The position numbers and the translations under genes were made by a program. Shown one piece after another: positions 31,057 to 40,486 of a stretch of 64,000 nucleotides of DNA. Every line of letters begins with the position of its first letter. Positions within the stretch are counted from its first letter, which is position 1. The notes beneath the pieces were generated by a model. That model was not told the DNA's origin. It made no database searches and saw only the letters and a program-made list of their open reading frames with translations. The stretch comes from an uncultured Desulfosarcina sp. GTDB taxonomy: Bacteria; Desulfobacterota; Desulfobacteria; Desulfobacterales; Desulfosarcinaceae. The DNA lies in contig CAXXWQ010000001.1 in assembly GCA_963674945.2 (NCBI GenBank), forward strand, positions 128,001 through 192,000, in the 5' to 3' direction.

Positions 31057-32271
31057 ATGAGTTCCTGTTGCAGTGAAAAGAATGAGGATCATCATTCATC
31101 TGTTTGCCGTTGCAGCATGTCTTCAGACGAAGGACACCTGGACTCCGATTTTTCCATTTTCGTTGAAAAAAAAGGAGATCGGTCCTGCTGCACGGTCCAG
31201 GCAACGGAAACTTCCGCGCCCGTGGAGATACCGGGATATCGATTATGGAAATTCGTGGAAGAGTTTCTCGAGACACCGGTGGGAATGGTCCCCAAAGTCC
31301 GGACCCTTCTGACCTTCCAGGACCGATGGGGAACTGTTCGCGTGCGATCTGGTTTCGGACGGGACCGATACCGGATTGCTCCCGGGCTCTACGCGGTGGG
31401 AGCACCGGATGAAACGGCCCCGGTACTTGTTACGGCCAATTTCAAACTCTCCTTCGACCTGCTCCGTTCGCACCTGTCCGGTGTGAATATGTGGGTCCTC
31501 GTCGTGGATACCAAGGGAATCAATGTCTGGTGCGCTGCCGGCAAGGGGACATTTTCCTCGGAAGAGGTGGCCCGGCGCGTTACGGCGGCTCAACTGGATC
31601 GGGTCGTCACCCATCGACGTCTGATCCTTCCCCAGTTTGCCGCAACGGGCGTTGCCGCCCGAAAGGTAAAACGCCTGTGCGGGTTCGAGGTATGCTGGGG
31701 CCCCATCCATTGCCGGGACTTGAAACGATTTTTCGATGGCGGCATGAAAGCCACAAAGGCCATGCGGCAGGCCACTTTTTCCCTGGCGGAACGGGCGGTC
31801 CTGATACCGGTGGAGATCCGCCTCATGGCCAAGCCGACCCTGTACGTGTTGCCGGCGCTGTTTTTGCTGTCCGGCATCGGACCGGGGCTTTTCTCCTTAG
31901 GGACGGCCGTCTCCAGGGGTTCGGTGGCGTTTCTCGCCTATCTTTTCGCCGTGGTCGCCGGTACCGTGGCCACACCCATTTTCCTGCCTTGGCTGCCGGG
32001 AAGGGCGTTTGCCGTCAAAGGTGCCATTTCGGGCATCGCCGTCGGTGTGCTGATGGCAACCGGGTTTGGTTCCTGGTTATCACCGTTGGAGATGGTGGCG
32101 GTAAGCCTCTTGATCTTGGCCGTTGGCTCTTTTCTGGCAATGAATTTTACTGGATGCACGCCGTTTACCTCTCCCACCGGTGTGGAAAAGGAGATGCGGC
32201 GGGCCATTCCGGTACAGGCCGTGGGCGTTGTGATCGCCGCCATTTTATGGGTAGTCTCAGGTTTTTACTAA
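31057..32271 (+). CDS. hgcA: Mercury methylation corrinoid protein
   Basis: Cap-helix motif GINVWCAAGKGTF, PGLYAVG, VTANFKLSFD, C-terminal TM helices, NFTGCTPFTSPTGVEKE. Confidence 0.97.
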   Translation: MSSCCSEKNEDHHSSVCRCSMSSDEGHLDSDFSIFVEKKGDRSCCTVQATETSAPVEIPGYRLWKFVEEFLETPVGMVPKVRTLLTFQDRWGTVRVRSGFGRDRYRIAPGLYAVGAPDETAPVLVTANFKLSFDLLRSHLSGVNMWVLVVDTKGINVWCAAGKGTFSSEEVARRVTAAQLDRVVTHRRLILPQFAATGVAARKVKRLCGFEVCWGPIHCRDLKRFFDGGMKATKAMRQATFSLAERAVLIPVEIRLMAKPTLYVLPALFLLSGIGPGLFSLGTAVSRGSVAFLAYLFAVVAGTVATPIFLPWLPGRAFAVKGAISGIAVGVLMATGFGSWLSPLEMVAVSLLILAVGSFLAMNFTGCTPFTSPTGVEKEMRRAIPVQAVGVVIAAILWVVSGFY

Positions 32272-32274
32272 GAA

Positions 32275-32415
32275 GTGCCCATCCAGAAATGGCCAATTTG
32301 CCCGATATTGGCGTTGCGCGAAAAATTTTATCCTCGAAATATCAACCATATGTCTCCGGTAAAATTTTTCGCGCGCCTTGATCTCAACCAAATTTGCCTA
32401 TTTCTGGACAGACAC
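32275..32415. mobile_element. MITE (family A, 141 bp) between hgcA and hgcB
   Basis: Terminal IRs gtgcccatccagaaat / atttctggacagacac; 6-bp direct repeat TAAGAA at 32269-32274 and 32416-32421; homolog at 47757-47948. Confidence 0.8.
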
Positions 32416-32436
32416 TAAGAAACAAGGAGGGGTGCG

Positions 32437-32730
32437 GTGAAGACGTTTCGGTATCTTCCCGGAGTCTCGACCATCGAATACGACGAGGAACGTTGCATGG
32501 GCTGCGGGTCCTGTGAGATTGTATGTCCCCATGCCGTGTTTGTCATGGACGGAAGAAAAGTCCGGCTGGTGGACCCGGACGGCTGCATGGAATGCGGTGC
32601 CTGTGCATTGAATTGCCCCACCGAAGCCATTCGTGTGACGCCGGGTGTGGGCTGTGCCGCCTATATCATCTCCGGATGGATCCATGGCAAGGAAAACGCC
32701 AGTTGTGGTGGGCCGGGGGGATGTTGCTGA
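32437..32730 (+). CDS. hgcB: Mercury methylation 2[4Fe-4S] ferredoxin
   Basis: CMGCGSCEIVCP, CMECGACALNCP, GVGCA, C-terminal GGCC; follows hgcA. Confidence 0.96.
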   Translation: MKTFRYLPGVSTIEYDEERCMGCGSCEIVCPHAVFVMDGRKVRLVDPDGCMECGACALNCPTEAIRVTPGVGCAAYIISGWIHGKENASCGGPGGCC

Positions 32731-32755
32731 CGAGTTCGGTGTTCCATCGTTTTTA

Positions 32756-32935
32756 TGCCCGTCCAGAAATGGCAAGTTCGTCCGATATCTTCGAAGGAAT
32801 TCGTTCATCAATACCTTATAAAAGTGCTTTATATAAAAAGCTTTTCCCAATCATGGGCCATCGGCAAAATAATGGACGAGTGAGTTTCATTCGCAATATT
32901 GTTCGGCTATCTTTGACTCGGAAAAGCATTTTACG
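32756..32935 (+). repeat. Composite repeat: partial family A end plus a family C element
   Basis: tgcccgtccagaaatgg..., then taaaaagcttttcc...gccatcggcaaa...ttcgcaata...ggaaaagcattttac; inverted homolog at 47629-47753. Confidence 0.7.
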
Positions 32936-32936
32936 G

Positions 32937-33140
32937 CTACACCCGTTTTGCCTGCACCAGCTTGGCAAAATGTTCGAAGCTCCGGTCATAGGTTCGTTCG
33001 GCGTCATCGGGAAAGACGCAGGCCGGCAGTTGCCGCATTCTCACATGGTATTTGATGCAGTCGCAGCATACTCCTTTTCTTGCACAGGGTTCATAGGAGC
33101 AATTGCAATTTTCCAGGTTTTTCTCTTTCTTGCACTCCAT
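32937..33140 (-). CDS. Small Cys-rich protein (DUF6485-like)
   Basis: CNCSYEPCARKGVCCDCIKYH...LPACVF...TYDRS. Confidence 0.75.
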   Translation of the reverse strand: MECKKEKNLENCNCSYEPCARKGVCCDCIKYHVRMRQLPACVFPDDAERTYDRSFEHFAKLVQAKRV

Positions 33141-33141
33141 T

Positions 33142-33720
33142 CTACGCGTCTCCTTTCAGTCCGATCTCATCTGCTACTTCACGCATGCCCATGATGGTAT
33201 CGGTGATCAGGTCACCCAATTCCACATCCAGCATCTCTGCGCCTTTCTGAATGATGGAACGGTCCACGCCGGCGGCAAAGCGCTTGTCCTTCCACTTCTT
33301 TTTCACGGATTTGGCCTTCATGTCCATGACGCTCTTTGTGGGTCGAACCAGAGCCGAGGTGGCCACGAGACCGGTCAATTCGTCGATGGCATAAAGGACT
33401 TTTTCCATCCGTGTCTCGGGTTTTACATCCGTGCAGATGCCCCAGCCATGGCTGACCACCGCTCTGATCAACTCCTCGGGCCATTGATTTTCCCGCAGGA
33501 TTTGTTCCGTTTTCCTACAGTGTTGGTCGGGAAACTGTTCGTAATCCAAGTCGTGGATCAGGCCTACCACACCCCAGGTTTCTTCGTCTTCCCCGTATTT
33601 TCTGGCCATGTAGCGCATCACCCCCTCCACGCAAAGGGCATGTTTGATCAAACTCTCACTCTTGTTGTAGCTCTTGAGCAAGGCCAGGGTATCTTCTCGA
33701 CTGGGAATCGGGCTGCTCAT
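33142..33720 (-). CDS. HD (HDIG)-domain metal-dependent hydrolase
   Basis: KHALCVE, GLIHDLDYE, SHGW, AIDELTG. Confidence 0.88.
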   Translation of the reverse strand: MSSPIPSREDTLALLKSYNKSESLIKHALCVEGVMRYMARKYGEDEETWGVVGLIHDLDYEQFPDQHCRKTEQILRENQWPEELIRAVVSHGWGICTDVKPETRMEKVLYAIDELTGLVATSALVRPTKSVMDMKAKSVKKKWKDKRFAAGVDRSIIQKGAEMLDVELGDLITDTIMGMREVADEIGLKGDA

Positions 33721-34043
33721 CGTCGCCTCCTCCGATTAGCGTTGGATGGATGGTGATGAAAGATGGCAAAGGAATCAATGGCTCCACATGGAATTCTGAT
33801 GTATCACAAGGACGATCGGGCAACAACCCCATGGGGCCGTGAAAGCATGACACTTTTGTCCGGTCGGAATGAAACCTCTGCAGACGTCTCTTTCGGGGCG
33901 TTGATCATCGATTTTATATTTTTGCCTTTCAAATGCGGTCCCCCTGTTATTACCCGATGAGGGTTGCAATATGGCCAGGGATTGGTATGATCGCTTTTTT
34001 GCCGTTCATGGTGAAAAAATGTTCCCTTGCTTCGGAGTGTCCA

Positions 34044-34727
34044 TTGAAAATTGTCGTAACCAATGATGATGGATTCGATCAGCCCGGGTTGAAGACCCTG
34101 ATCGCATCGGTCCAATCTTTGGGAGAGATCACCGTAGTGGCACCGGCGACGCCGCAGTCCAATGTGGGGCATCGGGTGACCATGAGGGAGCCCATACCCG
34201 TGAAACGGACCGGAGAACGGTTTTATGTGGTCCATGGGACGCCGGCCGACTGCACTCGTCTGGCCATTAAAAAGTTCGTGCCCGATGTGAATTGGGTGAT
34301 TGCCGGAATCAATCCCGGTGCCAATCTCGGCAGTGACGTGTATCAATCGGGCACCGTCGCCGCAGCACGGGAGGCCGCCATCCTTGGCGTACGGTCCGTG
34401 GCCGTCTCCCAATACATCTCTCCCGAATGGGTCATCGACTGGCCCACCGTCCAACACCATGTCGAACCATGCATTGCAAAACTCGTCCATCAGCGGCTTT
34501 CGATCGGCGACTTCTGGAATATCAACCTTCCCAGCCCCATCACCGTCGGCGATGTTTTGGCCCATCGATTTTGCCCCCTGGACAAGCATCCACACCTTTA
34601 TGATTTTGTGGAGAAACAGGGCGTCTATCATTACGACGGAATCATTCATGATCGTCCCCGGACCGACGGCAGCGATGTGGATGTATGTTTTGGGGGCATG
34701 GTTTCAATTACCCGGATGGAGATGTAA
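34044..34727 (+). CDS. surE: 5'/3'-nucleotidase SurE
   Basis: VTNDDG, GTPADC, GINPGANLG..VYQSGTVAAARE; TTG start inferred. Confidence 0.9.
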   Translation: MKIVVTNDDGFDQPGLKTLIASVQSLGEITVVAPATPQSNVGHRVTMREPIPVKRTGERFYVVHGTPADCTRLAIKKFVPDVNWVIAGINPGANLGSDVYQSGTVAAAREAAILGVRSVAVSQYISPEWVIDWPTVQHHVEPCIAKLVHQRLSIGDFWNINLPSPITVGDVLAHRFCPLDKHPHLYDFVEKQGVYHYDGIIHDRPRTDGSDVDVCFGGMVSITRMEM

Positions 34728-34731
34728 CCGG

Positions 34732-35280
34732 ATGAATTTTTGTTCCCACTGCGGCGGCACGGTTGTTCGGAAAGTACCTGAAAACGACAACATGTCCAGA
34801 TACATCTGCACATCCTGCGGCATGATCCACTATGAGAACCCCAAGCTGGTGGTGGGAAGTATCCCTGTCTGGGAGGACCGTATCCTCTTGTGCAAGCGGG
34901 ACATCGAGCCCCGAAAAGGCTTTTGGACCCTGCCCGCCGGTTTCCTGGAAAACGGAGAGACCACGGCGGACGGTGCCAGGCGGGAGACCCTGGAGGAGAC
35001 CGGGTCCACCATCGTCGACCTTACGCCCTATCTCATGGTCGATATCGTCTACATTCATCAGATCTACTTTATGTACCGCGCACGTCTCTCGGCGCCGGAT
35101 TTTCACCCGACCCCGGAAAGCGTCGAGGTGCGTCTTTTCGATGAGGCGTCCATTCCATGGAATGACATCGCCTTTTTGGTCATCGAGAAGACATTGCGAC
35201 AGTACTTCGCCGATCGTCCGTCGGGTCGTTTCGACTTTCGGATCGACAGGATCGATCCGCCCTCACGGAGTCTTTCTTGA
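34732..35280 (+). CDS. Nudix hydrolase with N-terminal zinc ribbon
   Basis: MNFCSHCG...CTSCG..HYENP; Nudix box PAGFLENGETTADGARRETLEE. Confidence 0.92.
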   Translation: MNFCSHCGGTVVRKVPENDNMSRYICTSCGMIHYENPKLVVGSIPVWEDRILLCKRDIEPRKGFWTLPAGFLENGETTADGARRETLEETGSTIVDLTPYLMVDIVYIHQIYFMYRARLSAPDFHPTPESVEVRLFDEASIPWNDIAFLVIEKTLRQYFADRPSGRFDFRIDRIDPPSRSLS

Positions 35281-35301
35281 CTTTTTGATTCTGATCAATT
35301 C

Positions 35302-36171
35302 TCACCACTGCGGCTGCAAAGAACGAATAAACGACACCTCTTTGCGGTAGCGCTCGATGGTTTGGCGTTGGACGCAGAAGGGGTTGGCGGGCCGGTTGGG
35401 GATGGGGATACCGAATCGTTTTGCAAAGGGGGTCCGGTCCACTTTCATGTTATAGGCAGTCACCATCAAGGCTTCCAGATTGATGGCATCCTGCAGGTTG
35501 TAGGCGAGCAAGGTTTCCAAGGCATGCCTGTCGCCGTTTCGTAAATAGGCCTTCCAGAGCACCACCGCGAAAATACCGTCCACATCCGCAAGATTGTCTC
35601 GGTCGATTTCCAGCCGGGCCTCACAGCGCTTGAGTCCCCCCGTAAGGCCCAGGCTGGCCAGCACGTAGCGCAGGTCGATATGTGCATGGCTCATCTGGAT
35701 GCCAAAAAACCGTTCGATCACCGGAACATCGAAGCACTTTCCGTTATACGTCACCAAGAGGGAATATCTTCGGATGTCCGCAATGAAATCGTCGAGGTTC
35801 TGTCCGTTTACGTAGGTCGACATGGTCGAGCCGTCGTAGACGGCGATGGTGGAGATGTCGCAGTCGTTTTCAAGCCCGGTGGTTTCGATGTCCAGGTAGG
35901 CGGTCTCATCCCGGAATTGATCAAACAGGCGCCACTGCTGGCCGGCGGGAAGGCGGCTGGCGAAGAATTGCGGACTGCGACGATCCAGCGCATGACTGGA
36001 GTCAACCAGGGCCGCTTCGATCTGGCGGCGCCTGGAATCGGTGACCTTCAGGGACCCGTTACCAGAAAATGCGTCCCAGTCATCCACGCCGGCCGCCCAA
36101 AACCCCTGTTCGGTTTTCGGTCCGACACCGGGAATATGAATGAATGTTTGTCGTAGCATCCAATGGCTCAT
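35302..36171 (-). CDS. YprB / RNase H-like exonuclease-domain protein
   Basis: HIPGVG HhH, YLDIETTG, TYNGKCFDVP, GGLK, YNLQD. Confidence 0.85.
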   Translation of the reverse strand: MSHWMLRQTFIHIPGVGPKTEQGFWAAGVDDWDAFSGNGSLKVTDSRRRQIEAALVDSSHALDRRSPQFFASRLPAGQQWRLFDQFRDETAYLDIETTGLENDCDISTIAVYDGSTMSTYVNGQNLDDFIADIRRYSLLVTYNGKCFDVPVIERFFGIQMSHAHIDLRYVLASLGLTGGLKRCEARLEIDRDNLADVDGIFAVVLWKAYLRNGDRHALETLLAYNLQDAINLEALMVTAYNMKVDRTPFAKRFGIPIPNRPANPFCVQRQTIERYRKEVSFIRSLQPQW

Positions 36172-36311
36172 AGCCTTTTTGGGCGGAAATTGGAATCCCT
36201 TTGCTGGGAAGTTACCGGAATCGGTTTGTCACCGGCCTGGTTTTTTTATATACAAACGATCCTGCGGCGCTTTGGCTTTACACATGTAGTCGATTCCGAT
36301 ATGAATGAACC

Positions 36312-38105
36312 ATGATTGACCTAAGAAAATTCAACCCCACTTACATTCAGGCAAAGGCCCCGGAAATATTCACCATCGCAAAAAACATCACATGTGTGGA
36401 TGACTTGCGGGCAAGCCTCTCCCGTCTTGCCAATGACATGATGTTCGAAGCCTTCGACGATTATGACACTTTTACGGAAGGGTCGGTCCTGCGGGTGAGG
36501 GACTGTGCCAAGGTGATGATCCGGTTGATGACCCGGAGAAGTGAGGACATGGCCAATTTTTCCGTGGCACAGGCGATCCTGGACATCGCCCAGGGAAAAG
36601 GCCGGCCGGACCTGGCACCAGCCTTCTATGCCGAACTGCTCTACCTGATACTGGGGCTCCAAGGGCGCGGTCCCGGTCGGGCGCTGGCGGACCTGCACCT
36701 GATTCCCAGCCGTCTGGAACACCGCGAGGCGGCCCTGGAACGGTCACGGCAATTGGACGACCTTTATGCGGAAGTGAACCTGCGAATGGCGAAGTTTGTT
36801 TCCGGTATGGACGAAGCTTCCGTGAACCGAAGGCTTCTGCGTCGTCAGCGGATACTGGATCGGCTCAAGGCGACAAAGAAGGATTGGGAAGACTGGAACT
36901 GGCAGGTTGACCATATTCTTCGTGACACCGAAGAGATCGCCGGATTGGTGACCCTGCGGGAAGAAGAGTATAATGCCATCGAAATGGCAAGGAAAAATGG
37001 CATTCCCTTTGGTATTACGCCCCATTATTTGTCCCTCATGGACGATACACCAGAAGAGGGCCGTGACATCGCCATCCGCGCCCAGGTGATTCCCCCCCTC
37101 TCCTACGTGGAGAAGATGAGCAAGGCCCAGAGATTCGGCCACTGCCTGGATTTCATGCTCGAGTCGGATACTTCGCCCATCGACCTGGTCACCCGGCGGT
37201 ATCCGTCCATTTGCATATTCAAGCCTTTCAACACGTGCCCCCAGATTTGCATCTATTGTCAACGCAACTGGGAGATCGACGACGCAATGGAGCCGGGTGC
37301 CCTGGCGCCGGAGAAGAAGATCGAAGAGGCTATCCGCTGGATTCGCCGTCATCCCGCCATCCATGAGGTATTGCTCACCGGTGGTGATCCCCTTGCCATG
37401 GCAGACGAAAAAATCGAAGATATCATGCGTCGCATCGCAGACATTTCGACCATCGAGCGTATACGCATCGGTTCCCGCACGCCGGTCACCCTTCCCATGC
37501 GAATCACCGAATCCCTTGCCGATTTGCTTGCACGTTTTCGACAGCCCGGTAGACGTCAGGTCACCTTGGTCACACACGTGCAGCACAGCTATGAACTCAC
37601 GCCCCAGACCGTCGAAGCGGTGAACCGCCTGAGAAAGAGAGGCATCCCGGTATACAATCAACTGGTCTATACCTTCTTCGCATCCCGTCGTTTCGAGGCA
37701 GCTCACCTGCGCAGGAACCTCACGCGCGTTGGCATCGATCCATATTACACCTTCAACACCAAGGGAAAGGAGGAAACCCTCGAGTATCGTGTTCCCATCG
37801 CAAGATTGCTGCAAGAGCAAAAGGAGGAGGCAAGGCTGTTGCCCGGTCTCGCCAGAACGGATGAGGCGGTTTACAATGTTCCCGGTCTTGGAAAAAACTA
37901 CCTCCGTGGCAGTGTTCATCGGGATTTGATCTCCATTTTGCCAGATGGGTCCAGACTCTATGAGTTTCATCCGTGGGAAAAAAACATCTCCAACGCCGCA
38001 AAGACACATTTAAGTGAAGATGTGCCCATTCTCGATTACCTGTTGCGCTTGGACGCCATGGGCGAAAACGTCTATGATTATGGAACAATCTGGTATTATT
38101 ACTGA
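36312..38105 (+). CDS. KamA-family radical SAM protein (aminomutase-like), long form
   Basis: CPQICIYCQR, LTGGDPL, RIGSRTP, VPGLGK (PLP-lysine position). Confidence 0.88.
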   Translation: MIDLRKFNPTYIQAKAPEIFTIAKNITCVDDLRASLSRLANDMMFEAFDDYDTFTEGSVLRVRDCAKVMIRLMTRRSEDMANFSVAQAILDIAQGKGRPDLAPAFYAELLYLILGLQGRGPGRALADLHLIPSRLEHREAALERSRQLDDLYAEVNLRMAKFVSGMDEASVNRRLLRRQRILDRLKATKKDWEDWNWQVDHILRDTEEIAGLVTLREEEYNAIEMARKNGIPFGITPHYLSLMDDTPEEGRDIAIRAQVIPPLSYVEKMSKAQRFGHCLDFMLESDTSPIDLVTRRYPSICIFKPFNTCPQICIYCQRNWEIDDAMEPGALAPEKKIEEAIRWIRRHPAIHEVLLTGGDPLAMADEKIEDIMRRIADISTIERIRIGSRTPVTLPMRITESLADLLARFRQPGRRQVTLVTHVQHSYELTPQTVEAVNRLRKRGIPVYNQLVYTFFASRRFEAAHLRRNLTRVGIDPYYTFNTKGKEETLEYRVPIARLLQEQKEEARLLPGLARTDEAVYNVPGLGKNYLRGSVHRDLISILPDGSRLYEFHPWEKNISNAAKTHLSEDVPILDYLLRLDAMGENVYDYGTIWYYY

Positions 38106-38250
38106 TAGACTTGATCGTCGTGCAATTCTTACCGAAAAAGCGATTTGCACCAAATTGTTAGGTTGCCAGGGACGATTTCATTGCATATACAGGTCGAACC
38201 GGTAATCAAGGAAGGATCTTTTTGGCACCCCCACAGACAGGAAGGCAACC

Positions 38251-38934
38251 TTGCTCGGAACCATCGTCAATACCTTGAGTATCATCGCGGGAAGTCTGAT
38301 CGGAATGCTTTTTCGGGGCGCGATACCCGAAAAGTTCAGCGACACCATCATGCACGCCGTCGGGCTTGCAGTGATATTGATCGGCTTGAAAACGGCGCTC
38401 TCCACCGATGATATCCTGATGGTCATCGTGAGCCTTGCCATCGGCGGTTTGATCGGCGAACTACTCGCGTTGGAGGACCGCCTGGCATCGCTGGGAAACT
38501 GGATCGGCAACCGTATCTCCAAGGAGAGTCATGGCATATCCAAGGGTTTCGTGAATTCCAGCCTTCTTTTTTGCGTTGGGGCCATGGCCATTGTGGGCTC
38601 GCTGGAGAGTGGCCTGTCGGGCAACCACCAGACGCTGTTTGCCAAATCCATCCTCGATGGAATCGGATCGGTATTGTTTGCTTCCACTTTTGGGGTCGGG
38701 GTGTTGTTTTCGGCGGTCTCCGTCTTCGTATATCAGGGGCTGATTACCGTGACGGCATCCCTTGTCAAGGATCTTTTGTCACCGGCGGTCGTTTCCCAGA
38801 TGTCCGCCGTCGGCGGTCTTCTCATCATGGCTATCGGATTGGGGCTATTGGAGATAAAGAGAATAAAGATCGGCAACATGCTGCCGGCCATCTTCATTCC
38901 CTTCGTTTATCAGGTCATTCTCTTTTTCCTATAG
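38251..38934 (+). CDS. DUF554-family membrane protein
   Basis: MLGTIVN, LFCVGAMAIVGSL, KSILDG, NMLPA. Confidence 0.85.
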   Translation: MLGTIVNTLSIIAGSLIGMLFRGAIPEKFSDTIMHAVGLAVILIGLKTALSTDDILMVIVSLAIGGLIGELLALEDRLASLGNWIGNRISKESHGISKGFVNSSLLFCVGAMAIVGSLESGLSGNHQTLFAKSILDGIGSVLFASTFGVGVLFSAVSVFVYQGLITVTASLVKDLLSPAVVSQMSAVGGLLIMAIGLGLLEIKRIKIGNMLPAIFIPFVYQVILFFL

Positions 38935-38976
38935 ATACTGCGGCCGCTGTAATTTACTCACTTTTGATTTTTGGTT

Positions 38977-40038
38977 TTACTCTTTTTCCAGAAAGTGGCA
39001 ATGTGCCTTGCCATAGCGTTGCTCGCATAAAATTCGTGCGTCTTTTTCTTTTGTATGGGACGCGTCACCGATGATGGTATGTTTTTCCAATTGTGGAGAA
39101 TAATCGCTTGCCGGGACGGTCCTTCCCAACGCTTCCGCCATGGCCCGAACGTGGTGGGGGCCCGACCCGCAGCAGGAGCCGATATAGTTTATGCCGATTT
39201 TTTCGGCTTTCACCGCATAATCCGCCATTTCCGTTCTTGTCAGAACAAACGGGTCGAGTTCCAATGGAAAGGCGACATGTCCGTCAATTTCCTGAATTTG
39301 GAAGTATGGCTTTTCGTTAGAACATCTGTATGCAACCGGCTGTGTAGCGACGAAGCAACTGACGGCATTTCGTACTCGTTCGGCTAACGGGAGAACTCTT
39401 TCAGGATCACGGAAGCAGTTGATGCCGACGATCTCGGCGCCATTATCTTCGAGTATTTTGAAAGATTCCTCCAAGAGAACGCCTTCCAACGTCTTGTCGT
39501 CTCTTTTGAATCCCAACGTGATCATGGCAGGCAATCCTGCGTCTTTGATCGCCTCCAGCGCAATTTTTGCTTCGCCGAGATATTCAATTGTTTCGGCGAT
39601 GAAAAAGTCGACCCCTTCATCGCTTTGATATTGTATCTGCTTATCAAATTGATGCCTGGTTTCCCCATGGGTCGAGGTGTTTCCAGGTTCGTATGACCAC
39701 GTGTTGCATATATTACCGGCCACAAGCGTGTCGTACCGATCGGCAACCCGGCGTGCGATTCTTACCGCTTGGGCGTTTATCTCCTCTAAAACTGACGTCA
39801 GCCCGACAACTTTTAATTTTTCTTCATGTGCGTAATAGGTACAGGCCTGCAATACTTGTGCTCCGGCACGGGCAAAGTCAATTTGCAGTTGCTTGACGGC
39901 ATCAGGATGCTCGATCACGGCTTGCGGGGTGAACGGCCCGGCACTCACATATCCTCTTCGTTCAAGCTCGAATATCGTACCACCATCGCCGAGGACAACA
40001 CCTTCTTCCAGTTTTTTCAGTATCGAATTGTTTGTCAT
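38977..40038 (-). CDS. Homocysteine S-methyltransferase, betaine-homocysteine methyltransferase-like
   Basis: GDGGTIFELERRGYVSAGPFTP...HPDAVKQL, GINC, GSCCG zinc ligands. Confidence 0.85.
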   Translation of the reverse strand: MTNNSILKKLEEGVVLGDGGTIFELERRGYVSAGPFTPQAVIEHPDAVKQLQIDFARAGAQVLQACTYYAHEEKLKVVGLTSVLEEINAQAVRIARRVADRYDTLVAGNICNTWSYEPGNTSTHGETRHQFDKQIQYQSDEGVDFFIAETIEYLGEAKIALEAIKDAGLPAMITLGFKRDDKTLEGVLLEESFKILEDNGAEIVGINCFRDPERVLPLAERVRNAVSCFVATQPVAYRCSNEKPYFQIQEIDGHVAFPLELDPFVLTRTEMADYAVKAEKIGINYIGSCCGSGPHHVRAMAEALGRTVPASDYSPQLEKHTIIGDASHTKEKDARILCEQRYGKAHCHFLEKE

Positions 40039-40090
40039 ATTCTCATCCTCATTAGTAACGAACGAAATGTGGTGAAATTCCCAAAAATCA

Positions 40091-40486
40091 TCATTTTTCA
40101 GGTTCTTCCATAAGAGTTCTTTTCAACATGATCATTTCCGTCTTGTTCTCATATACTTTTTTCAAAAGAACCGTTGAAGATGTTCCGACCTCCCCGCGAA
40201 GACTGTTGCGAACGATATCTTCGAGCGTCCTTCCGGCGGTTGCTTCACCATCGATCTCCAATAGAACATCACCTGACCGAATACCCGATTTGTAAGCCTC
40301 TTTACCGGGCAACACGTGTAAAACGACGATTCCTCCAAGATTCCCGGGGGCCGCGCCATCGTATAACTGGGCAACGACGAGTCCAAACCCGCCGAAGGAC
40401 GCACCATTTGCCATCAGCGGCATGAAATAGAGCAGGCCGAGCAAAGCGATGATTTTCAATTTCATGGCAAAGCGAAGGTTTTTCAT
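40091..40486 (-). CDS. Exported single PDZ-domain protein
   Basis: Signal peptide; FGGFGL, A.KSGIRSGDVLLEIDG, LRGEVGT. Confidence 0.75.
   Translation of the reverse strand: MKNLRFAMKLKIIALLGLLYFMPLMANGASFGGFGLVVAQLYDGAAPGNLGGIVVLHVLPGKEAYKSGIRSGDVLLEIDGEATAGRTLEDIVRNSLRGEVGTSSTVLLKKVYENKTEMIMLKRTLMEEPEK

Noticed and set aside
32722..32760. Selenocysteine read-through of the hgcB TGA after CC
   Set aside because: A terminal CC is the normal HgcB end; the downstream sequence is repeat-derived and shows no evident SECIS
40040..40090. SAM riboswitch before the BHMT-like gene
   Set aside because: The spacer is only about 50 nt and lacks SAM-I/II consensus
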